Source of the DNA: Lama guanicoe
Taxonomy: Eukaryota
Length of the DNA: 64,000 bases
Direction of reading: 5' to 3'
Assembly: GCA_013239625.1 (NCBI GenBank)
Contig: MU055753.1
Span: 1,178,001-1,242,000, forward strand
The notes under the pieces were generated by a model. It did no database searches. It was not told the origin of the DNA and saw nothing but the letters and a program-made list of their open reading frames with translations. Below are positions 24,879-35,878 of this stretch, piece by piece (within the stretch, counting starts at the first letter, position 1; every line of letters begins with the position of its first letter). The translations under genes were made by a program, and so were the position numbers.

Positions 24879-26193
24879 TCTAGAAGAATGAAAAAGCTAT
24901 TGATTAACTAAAGAATTGTTTTCTAATAGTTATTCAAAGAAAACCAAGCACGGCTTCATCTCTGTGAAAAGCCTAGAAGACTAGAAGAAAAGGGGTTAGC
25001 TGAAGGCAGGATTTGTGTGTGTTTCAGGGGCCTCCACAGGGCACTTCTGCTCCCTAGACCAGGCCTTTGTGCCTGCTGGGGAGTGTCTTGGGGAGCGTCT
25101 GCTGGGGAGCGCTGCACTGGATGTCGCATGCTTGCTGACCTCCAGCAGCCAGCCCAGGTCTAGTGCGCCAGGTGTCCTGGAGCGTAGGAGGCTGTTCCGT
25201 CAGGAGGTCAGGTCGCTGGCTCTGATGACAATAAACTCTCTGGAAACTTCCCAGCCAGTGTTTTCATCTCTCAATATACTTGATGCATGCCGCTTCCCAA
25301 CTGGAACTTTAAATGTTTACGATTGTTTTAATCTGATTTATGAATTACGGTTTACCACATGTGTGTGAAAAGGTTTAGGAAACCTTTTCACAATCCAAAA
25401 AACCACAAAGAGGAAACCTCTTATCACTTAAGACCTAAGTCATCAGAACTCCTTTGTGCTGTTTGCCTCTGGTCATTTTACTATGTGTAGAAGCATATGT
25501 GAGCTTTGCGGGATGCGGGTTTCCCATGTCGTTAGAACTCACTAGGGTTTTGTATAAATGTACCATCCTGAATGTATTTGGCAGCCATATTTGTTCTTAC
25601 ATTGGTGACGACAGAAAGTGCAGTAGGAATTGTCTGGCCTAGAAGTTGGAGACTGCTACATGTGGGAGGGTATAGTACAGAATTGGCGGGGGAGGGTCTT
25701 GTTTTTCTAGCTCTGTTACTGTATACATTTGTTTGTGAGGTTGTAATACAAAACCATCGTCTCAAGTGGTCTGAGTTTACTTCAGCCAAGGACAGACAAG
25801 TTTCCTTAGAGGAGGAAAGGCCCCTTCCAGTGAACTGACTTTATTTACACCCACTTGATCAATGAAGCAGATTTGGGAGTTAGCATCATTTTCTATTCCA
25901 AGGAAGTTTTAACATTGGAAGCCTTCACGTTGAACAAGCAAACTTCTCAGTTTGCTTTTTTTGCCTCATGATGTGAGTGCAGTTTTTAAAAACCCTAGTC
26001 TGGCTGTGTATTCCCAGTCCCTGAATCACGGCTTTAGAACACCATGGACCCCACGGTGAATGAGCCCTCAGAAGCTTCACGGCTGGAGGGGAAATGATTC
26101 GGACCTTCTCAGCAGCAGCCCGGGCTTCCTTTTGAAATGTTTTGGAGAAGGAGTGCCTTGTAAACAGTGTCGTTTCCTATTTCCTAACTGCAG

Positions 26194-26312
26194 TCTTTAA
26201 GCCGGAGGAGTTACGCCAGGCTCTGATGCCAACCCTAGAAGCACTGTATCGACAGGATCCGGAGTCCTTACCTTTTCGGCAGCCTGTAGATCCCCAGCTC
26301 CTAGGAATTCCA
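26194..26312 (+). CDS. CREBBP: CREBBP exon 17 (bromodomain)
   Basis: tgcag|TCTTTAAG ... ATTCCA|gtaagt; 119 nt; FKPEELRQALMPTLEALYRQDPESLPFRQPVDPQLLGIP. Confidence 0.97.
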
Positions 26313-26649
26313 GTAAGTTGATGCTTTAAAAACATGTGGTAACATCACCAGTGTAATTCATGAGTATCCATTGTTTTATCTTTTAAAGTCAGGTAAAATA
26401 AAGCCCCTTGTTTTGAAGATTTTTTTTCCCCAATATAAAAAAATTTTTTCTGTCAAAACAATAATACACTTTTGTCTTAGTGATTGAAATGTGTGTTTCC
26501 AGCTGGTTCTGTTAAGCCCAAGGGTCTGTGGAGCGGGTAACAGTGAGATGTGGGGAGCATATCCTGGAGCACGTGGCCTCTGTAGCCTTGATATTTGGGC
26601 TCTGGGTAAGGCTTTGTCTGCAAGAATGGATTTAAAGAATTGGTGAACA

Positions 26650-27653
26650 AGAGAACATAGATAAAACATTCTCTGACATAAATTGTAGCAATGTTTTCCT
26701 AGGTCAGTCTCCCAAGGCAATAAAAATAAAAGTAAAAATAAAATGGGACCTATTCAAACTTACAAGCTTTTGCACAGCAAAGGAAACCATAAATAAAATG
26801 AAAAGACAACCTATGGACTGGAAGAAAATATTTGCAAATGATACATGCAATTGACAAGGGCTTAATTTCCAGAATAGACAAACAGCTCATACAACCCAAT
26901 AACAAACAAATGATGCCCAATCAAAAAATGAGCAGAAGACCTAAATAGCCGTTTCTCCAGAGAAGACATATAGATGGCCAGTAGGCACTTGAAAAGATGC
27001 TCAACACTGCTAATTATCAAGAAATGCAAACCAAAACTACAATGAGGTATTATTACCTGCACTCCAGTGTTCATAGCAGCCCCATTTACAGTAGCCAAGA
27101 CAAGGAGGCAACCTAAACGTCCATCGACAGATGACTAGATAAAGAAATTGTATCTATGTGTGCGTGTGTGCACGCGCACACACACACAATGGAATACTAC
27201 TCAGCCATTAAAAAGAATGAAATAATACCATTTGCAGCAACATGGATGGATCTAGAGATTATCATACTAAATGAAGTAAGACAAAAAAAATCATATCACT
27301 TTTATATGGAATTTTAAAAAAATGATACAAATGAACATATTTACAAAACAGAAACATACTCACAGGCATAGAAAACAAATTTATGGTTACCAAAGGGGAT
27401 GGGGGAGGGATAAATTAGGAGTTTGGGATTAGCAGATACAAACTACTATATATAAAATAGATGAACAACAAGGTGCTAATGTGTAGCACAGGAAACTGCG
27501 TTCAATATTTTGTAATAACCTGTAAGGAAAAAGAATATGAAAAAGATCATGTATAATTTTAAATATATATTATATATAACTGAATCACTATGCTGTACAC
27601 CAGAAACTAACAACCTTGTAAATCAACTAAGCTTTGATTAAAAAAGAAAAAAA
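26650..27653 (+). mobile_element. 5'-truncated LINE-1 (ORF2 3' end, 3'UTR, A-tail), sense in intron 17
   Basis: L1 motifs (tgcacagcaaaggaaacc, aatggaatactactcagcc, ccatttgcagcaacatggatgga), A-tail, TSD aattggtgaaca at 26638-26649 and 27654-27665. Confidence 0.92.
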
Positions 27654-28164
27654 AATTGGTGAACATCAGTTGTAAAACACAGGCCTCCCACTTTGCTATC
27701 CCTGGGTGCTATTGCAAAGGCCATGGTGGCCCAACAGATTCTGTTCAGCAGTGTTACTATTTTTGGTTTGTGTTTGTGTTTGTCTTGGAATGTCATTTTG
27801 CTTGCTAGAAGTGAATCTCTAGAAAAACATTTTATTTGGTAAATATGCTCATGATTTTAATTCAGTGGATCAAAACCCTTATGTTTAAAAAAATTACATT
27901 AAAAAACATCTTTTATTAAATAATTATTTTAATACTATTTTTACTTTGCCTTTGTAATAATTTGATCACACTTGAAAATATTAATTACAATTTCAGGTAG
28001 TAAAATCAGAGGAAGATCAGAGGTTCTTTTTCAATTCCAATTTCTATTAGAAATGATTTTACTGTTGCTTTCTACTGCTGTTTTACTTTAAGATAAAGCT
28101 ACCAGATAAGACCGGCATTCAGAATTTGGGGGATCCACTAAACTGAGATTGTTTTGTCTTTAAG

Positions 28165-28404
28165 GATTATTTTGACATTGTGAAGAATCCCATGGACCTT
28201 TCCACCATCAAGCGGAAGCTGGATACAGGGCAGTACCAGGAACCCTGGCAGTATGTGGACGATGTCTGGCTCATGTTCAACAACGCCTGGCTCTATAATC
28301 GGAAGACATCCCGGGTCTACAAGTTCTGCAGTAAACTCGCAGAGGTCTTTGAGCAAGAAATTGACCCTGTTATGCAGTCCCTTGGATATTGCTGTGGACG
28401 CAAG
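28165..28404 (+). CDS. CREBBP: CREBBP exon 18 (bromodomain)
   Basis: ttaag|GATTAT ... CGCAAG|gtacag; 240 nt; DYFDIVKNPMDLSTI...AWLYNRK...YCCGRK. Confidence 0.97.
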
Positions 28405-28827
28405 GTACAGTTGAAAGTTTTTCTAGAAAATAAACTGCCCTTGTTAATCCAGCCAAAAAGAATTTTATGATGATATGAGAGACTCAATATTTTGGCCACA
28501 CTTGTGTACTGAGAAGTACCCAGGTGGGTGCTGGTCTTTTGTAAACCAGTTGATTGTCTGAAGCTAGAGGTACTTATGGGGGAAGATCTTGGGTTAAGCA
28601 TTTCTGGCTATGTCCATTCCTCTATCTGTAGTAAATGTCTCTTAGACGCTAATTCTGTCCCATTGTAGCCCCCCAAAAAAGTCTAAATAGCTATGAAAAT
28701 TGTTAAGACTATCCAGTGTACTAATAAAAAGAATTTACTAGCTAAAGCTAACACTCCATATTGGACTAGACCATTACATGACAGTAAGTGGAGTACATTT
28801 TTAGTATTTTCTCCTTTGTTTTTGCAG

Positions 28828-28916
28828 TATGAGTTTTCCCCTCAGACTTTGTGCTGCTACGGGAAGCAGCTGTGTACAATTCCTCGCGATGCTGCATACT
28901 ACAGCTATCAGAACAG
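28828..28916 (+). CDS. CREBBP: CREBBP exon 19 (RING start)
   Basis: tgcag|TATGAG ... AACAG|gtgagc; 89 nt; YEFSPQTLCCYGKQLCTIPRDAAYYSYQN. Confidence 0.97.
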
Positions 28917-31900
28917 GTGAGCACTGAGCAATTTCTTGAATTACAGGACAGAAGGAAGGTCTTAGGGCAAGTTATGCTCATCTGATGACAGCCTGGGTAC
29001 GTTATTTCTTTCCTGAAGTTTCAGTGAAAAGAGCTGAAATTTCATTGCTTCTCAGTATTCAGATAGGCCTATGGTCTCTTAACTTAAAAGCAGGCTTTTA
29101 TAGTATAAAATTTTAAGTTCAAAACTGCTTGCTGCAGTGCTTGGATCAGGTACATGTATCAAGCCAAAATGTGCCAAACCAATATGAGAAACTCTGGAGT
29201 TAAGAGTAACTCTAATAAAGGTTGACATCCTTTTTTAAAATTAATAAAGTTGAAGCATTATATTTTACCAATCAGTGTATAAATATTTGCCTAGCTAATT
29301 TGGCCTGGACAGTCTGATAGAAAGACTTGTGTTAGTGCTAATTCATTAAAAAAAAAAAATTCAGGCCAGACTTTTTAACTGGTAGTACAATACAGAATGA
29401 AATTAGTGTTTTTGTTGAGTTTAAGATCAATTTTCCTATCATGAGATAGTGTTTTCGGGGTTTTGTGAGTGGTAGGTATAATTGAGAAATATTTGCTATT
29501 CTTTTGAAATGTGGAGATGTCTTAAGAATAGATTCCATGTCTTGAATAGAAGGAGAATGAAAATAATTTTTGTTATAGGTGATTCCCCCATGTAAGTACA
29601 ACTTCCTGGTTTGGGGGTTGTTTTGAAAATTAAGCTACTTTGTATCCATTGCTTTAGTGGCCACATGTTGCTGTAGCATGGAGGGCATCTTGCCCTGAAA
29701 CACAGGCTGTAATTCTTTGTCAGATTCAATTACATTGCCTCCATTTTGTGAATCAGCAATTAAATTCTTTATGTGACCAAGGTGGAGCTTCATGCCTATT
29801 CTGTGTCCTCAGGTTCAAGTATTAAATATCACCATTTAGAGTTTGGTGTTTTGATTATTTTGATCTTATGTTTGCTTGGAGTAATTATATATGTCCTTAT
29901 ATTTCAAAGAAGTTAAGTACAGGGCTTTTTATTTGTTCAAAGGTACATGCACAGGCATGAATAATTTGAAATTTTGCAATTATTTTTTTCCAGCTATGTT
30001 TTTTAAATTATTTTAGTTTTTTAAAAATGTCTAACCATATTCAAGATAATTGACAGCTCCCATCAAAATCCTATTTTAAAAAAAAAAGAACTGTTGACCT
30101 ATGAATAAATTAAGATTTCCAAGCCTTATTCAGCTCACTTATCCTAGTGAAATGCTGGTTCGAGGGGAAAGATGGGTGTCCCCAGAAAGAACCTCTGTTG
30201 GAAGTACAGCCAGCACAACCGTCCTGCTGAAGATATTTTAACATTTGGAATTTAATTTCTATCTTGGCTTGCCCTTGTAGCAATAAAAGCATTTTAAATC
30301 TGAAAGTTTGAAATGGTACCATAGCCCTTTTGTAATGGAGGCCTTCCTATAGTGACAAGTGTTGTTCTGGAGGTTCTGGCCCCTCCGTTTACACACCCCA
30401 TAACATACCAAGCTTAACCTTCTTATCCAACAAATGGGCATGGTAACAACTTCCCTGATAGCCTTAGTTATCAGCCTCCAAAGAGATAATGAATAGGATT
30501 TCACTTTGGAAACTGTTATGTGCCAAGCAAAATAAAGTTACGAACTTTTAAGAGAATAGGCTAAAACTAACTATACCCTGAAAAATGCCCCCACTGCTGA
30601 GTGCCCCAGTTTGCGTTTAGAAGGAAGAGCAGACAGTGGGTTGCTTGTCACCATATCTTAAGTTTGAGGGCCTTTCATTGTTGATTTCACTGTTTCTGGG
30701 TCCTTTGGGACCCTGCCTTTGCCGATTGGCACAGATTTTAGCCATGCGTAAGTTGAGAGCAGTTAAAGTTCAGTGGAGTCGAGGGCATGAGCATGCCACT
30801 GCTGCCCCTCGGAGGAGGTTGTTGACGGAGTGCAAACATGGGATTGTTTTGAAAGTTCCGAAATGTCCAATTTTATTTCTATAGAGGACTTAATTTTTAT
30901 TGAACAAAAATAATGTGTTTTCCTTAAGAGTAGAACCATGAATAAAGGCATTCTCTTTTACTCGTAATACATTTTAAGAGTGTAAGCATGCTGCTCCTCA
31001 GCTGAGTATCACAAGGTGTGCCTCCTAGAATACTGACCTCAAAGAGATAACCGCCTTGTGAGTCTAGGAAAGCAGTGGTCTAATTCACGATGGACATTTT
31101 AAGTGCTTACATTCTTAATCTCAACTTTGACTATTGATGGACACTGTGGTGTTCTTTTGAATAACTTATGGCACTTATAGTCCTAAACTGTTTGGGCACT
31201 TAGAATAGGCAATTCTACAGACCGTTTAAACAAGTGAATCTAATACATAAACTAGTGTATGGTTACATTTTTCACTTGTTTCCATACTTTGACATTTTGA
31301 AAGTAAGTCATGTTGGGGAAACTGTTCTATAGATTTTTCCATATATTGTCTATAGATAAGATAGGTATTATCTATAGACATTTGAATTCTTTGTATATAC
31401 TGATATGGTACTTAACAACAATCTGCATTTGAAAATTTACTCCATACATTACCTTTACAGATAAACTGTGCAGTTACATTGTATTAACCTTAGGTACCCA
31501 GATGTACATCATCATCAGATTATGTGAAGTACTTCTCCTTTACAATTCCATATTCATCATGCTGCTTCCTTCACACAAGGCAGAAGGTCATCCAGAGTCT
31601 TTAGGTTGAAAAGTGAATCTCTGAACCGTTATGTATTTCCAGGGTGAATAAAGTTTGGACTCGATTGTAAGATAGGGACAGCCCAGCATTAGCATCTGTC
31701 ACCCACTGATTGCCAGGGTGGTTTCAACCTGCTTGACCAGATGGGTGGCTGCACCCCTCCTGTGGGCTGTCGTCACCTCAGTAAGGTGCTGCAGGGAGGC
31801 CCGGGCGCCTTCCTCTCCCTTTACACCTGAACACGTTTCATTCTCCACCGTCTCTGGCATTGATTGCTCTGAACAGACACTGGAGCGTGCTCACTGTGTG

Positions 31901-34224
31901 TCCCTCCCAGTTTCTGACCCTGGGGTTCTTGGGGACAGGAGTTATACACAGAGAGCGCAGGTTCCCGTGGCCACTCTGAGGGCTGCTGTTGGGCCATCAG
32001 TGCTTTGCTCTGGGCCAGCTTCCTCCAGTGGAACGTGGTGGGTTTGTGATTCTTGTTTCCCAGGTGTTGCTGGGCTCGATGTCCTGCTTGAATAAAAACT
32101 AAGAATTTGTCCAAGATTTTTAAAACTATTGTGTAATTATCATGGCAATTTCATTTCAAAATGTATTCGGTAGTCCTCTTTGAGCTAGCCCACAGTGGCT
32201 GTCCTGTCATAATGAATTGGACCATTCCATCCCAAGTTCCATTTTTAAAAGGGAAGCAATTTGGCATTGAGGAGCTATCTTTTTTGCATATTGTTCTGGT
32301 TAACACTTAATTGGTTTATAGTTTATGTACTTTTCTTTCTTGCCAATGATGATCATGCCCTCCTGCACGTGGAAGTTCTACTACATGATTTCAAGGCTCC
32401 ATAAGAATATTTACAAAATAGTGAATGGTCAGAATATTACTATAGTTCATTCAGAGAAAAATGATACATATTTTTAAAAAAAAACAGCAGTGTTAATCTG
32501 TTCCTGGTCAGTTTTTAATCTTGGCAGACTTTGTTGATTGAATTAATCCTAAATATACTGGTCCCAGCAAGAAGCTTTTATTAATTCAGTTGCTACCCAC
32601 AGTGGCTCTGTCATGTTCTTCATCAACAATCTGAAAAATTGAATAAGCTTGAGATGTGTGCATGCTCTGAAGTTATATGCTTTTGATTCACTGTGTGTGT
32701 TTAGTCAGTGAAATACAGCCGACAAAATGCTCAAGTGTGCTTAATTAAGATTAGAATTAGAACCTGTGGGGGCCTATTTTAGTGTTAATGAAGACGTTCT
32801 GGCCAGGCAGTGGCCTGAATCCCAGTCCTTTATAGCTGTGTGCGTGCGTGTGTGTGTGTATGACTGCTGCATCTCCTTCTGCCTGTGTGGTTCAGTGTGA
32901 CGGTCCAAGTCTCGTCACAGTGTCTTTAACACTAATCCTCTTGGCATCTCGTAGACGTAGTTTTGAGCGCTAAAACCGCATTCCATTGTGCTGCCGCCGC
33001 TGCCTTGCACTCATCCTTTTTGCTTGTGTAGTTCGCCTCATTCAGCTCGTTTACTTCTGCAGTATTCTCGTGTGCCCATCTTGTTTTATGCAGCATCAGC
33101 CTACATTTTTGTTGATTTCTCATTTGTGTCCTTTCCAAACATTTAATAGTTCTTATTTTAATTGTTCTTATTTAATAGCTTGAGCCCAGGCTCTATATAA
33201 TCAGAAATTGGGGTGATGGATAATTTCTCAAATGCAGATTGTGCTGTTAAGATTAACTTCCTAAATTTGCTTAACTTGGATTGTCACCAAGTCAGAGCAA
33301 TCACTATCTCAGATTGATGAATGATTGGTCCCAGTACCAAAAAGTTTAAATCAAAGCTTAGAATTGAATTTTAAAAGTCTTTAAGATTGTTCGTGGATTT
33401 ACATATATTGTATTGTTTATACAATATATCACAATTTTTTCTCTGTATATTCTTACTGATAAATGGCTGGAAAGTCTTTGACCCCGATTGCATTTCTGTT
33501 AAATGTTTGTCTAGAATATGGATTTGGTTTCATTTCTATTGTAACCCAGTTAACTAAGTGATTAACATGAGAAAAATGACAGAAGAAAATTAAAAACAAT
33601 TCTGGGTGCTCAACATTTTCATACCTTTAAAGATCTGGCTTAATAACAGAAATAAAATCTGTGAATCGCTGTCAAGCATAAATTTACTGTTTCAAAAAAT
33701 AAAGCTATTACAGTTTAAATTGCTTTTTTAAGATATTTTGTCAGACTGTTTTATTCAGAGTAAATTTTTTCCATCTCAAACCCTGGAGTTATATTTGATT
33801 TTTCTCTAAGTAAATAAAATTCAAACTCTAAAATTTAGGCTCCTTGCAATTCTAGTATTAACAACTCCTTGAAAACATTTGCATCTTGGAGCTGGACGAG
33901 CCCACTATTAGTCATGATGGCCTGTGATGTGTGCAGTGAGACCGGATGCTAATCAATGCTTTGCCTTGGCTTTCTGCTCTGTGTTGTCTTGGTGTTTGCG
34001 TCTTACCTTTATGTCTGTGCTATTTGTTCCCTCCCCTGTTCTCTAATCCTGCCCTTCNNNNNNNNNNNNNNNNNNNNNNNNNNNNNNNNNNNNNNNNNNN
34101 NNNNNNNNNNNNNNNNNNNNNNNNNNNNNNNNNNNNNNNNNNNNNNNNNNNNNNNNNNNNNNNNNNNNNNNNNNNNNNNNNNNNNNNNNNNNNNNNNNNN
34201 NNNNNNNNNNNNNNNNNNNNNNNN

Positions 34225-34305
34225 NNNNNNNNNNNNNNNNNNNNNNNNNNNNNNNNNNNNNNNNNNNNNNNNNNNNNTGGGTGACGACCCTTCACAACCC
34301 CAGAC
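34225..34305 (+). CDS. CREBBP: CREBBP exon 20 (5' part hidden in N-run; start inferred from the expected 81-nt length)
   Basis: Visible 34278-34305 encodes GDDPSQPQ(T), followed by donor gtaagt. Confidence 0.85.
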
Positions 34306-35821
34306 GTAAGTACCATCCTGTCATTTTGTTCGGAGATGACTCTTAATTGCTGTTTTCCTCCTGTCTATGATTAAAAGGGGAGCACCACTGCCATTTTGAC
34401 GTTTGTGTGGTGTGTTTTTTCATACTCACTGTACCCAAACTGACACTTCAAAGTGTGGCTGTTGTAGCTGAGTCCCAGAGCCACACCCACTCTCCCCTCC
34501 ATACCGAGCATCTAGACACCGCGGTGCTCTGGCACCCGCGCAGCTCACCAGTCCCTCTTGACCTTGCTCTGTCTCTTGTTTTAAAACACTTGCTTTTTCC
34601 TAGTGGCTGTCAACTTACATTGGGGGAAATTATAAATTTTCAGATACACCTCTTCACAGAACTGGTGGGAACAGGAACAAGTCTTGTGTACACACCTTGT
34701 CCGTAGCATTTGGTTGATCTTCCACTGAAACCTCTGTCCTTTAAGTTGTGGAGTTAACAGAACCCAGATGGTGAGACCCAGCGAGCAAGCGTATCTTCTT
34801 CCTTGTTGGAAGCTGGACTCTTGCTCATTAGCTCCAGTGTGGACAGGCATGAATGTTAGTTCATTCATTCCTTCACTGAGTTCACCATTTCCTCCCCGAA
34901 GCTTACTACCTTTGAGTAGGCTGATGGCCAGAATGTGGCAGGAAAAAAGCAAGTCCACAAGTTCAGTGAATTGAAGCGTTTACATGCGTGGGATACCCAA
35001 AAACCTGCCAGCCACCACAGCTGCCTAGGACTGCCAGTATTTTGTGGTTCTTTATTTTCTCCTGACTCTGCCATGATTCCTGCCACCGGGAAGTCTACTG
35101 GTGTGACTGTCCCCCCTAGAGGCAGGAAAGGCTTCCCACCGAAGCAGTTTCCAGCAGGCACAGACGGTTACTCTGCAACTCAAGTTTACTTTCTTCAAAT
35201 GCAGAACAAACCATAGCCGCCTGTAAGACATTCAGACCAAAACGACAAAATTTTTCATATTTGGTTTATTTTTCTATCCCATGTCATCTTAATTCTTTGA
35301 TCCAATTATGTGACTAATAATTGGATTGTATAATTCTATGATTCAAACAATTCACATATACACTGATCATTAACAAAGGAACAGTAGAAAAGAAATACTT
35401 AGCTCTTTAAGAATAAGTGAAATAGCCCCAAGTACATGCTGCCTTGTGTTGGTGAGGGAATTGTAATGAGAAGAATTGGTTACACCAGTGTTGGTCAGAT
35501 TCAGTAGCCGTTACATGTAGATTTGATTGAAAATTGATTTGAATCGCAACATAATTTTTCCATCATATTTTGACTGACCTTAATTAAATCTTATAAGTGC
35601 TGATGATAGTTTGGAGGAAGTAAGATAGAGAAAAATAAATGGTAGTGCTTTTGTAGAATTACATTTTATGCCATCATTACCTCCACTGAGATTTCAGCTG
35701 ACCATTTATTTTTTATGTGAAGAATTAGTTACAAAATAATACCCCAGAGACCCTATAGTTTATACTCAACAGATAAATTTAATTAACGTTTTTCCTTTTT
35801 TTTTCCTGCTGAAAAAATAAG

Positions 35822-35878
35822 GACAATTTCAAAGGATCAGTTTGAAAAGAAGAAAAATGATACCTTGGATCCTGAACC
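35822..35878 (+). CDS. CREBBP: CREBBP exon 21
   Basis: ataag|GACAATT ... GAACC|gtgagt; 57 nt; TISKDQFEKKKNDTLDPE. Confidence 0.95.
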
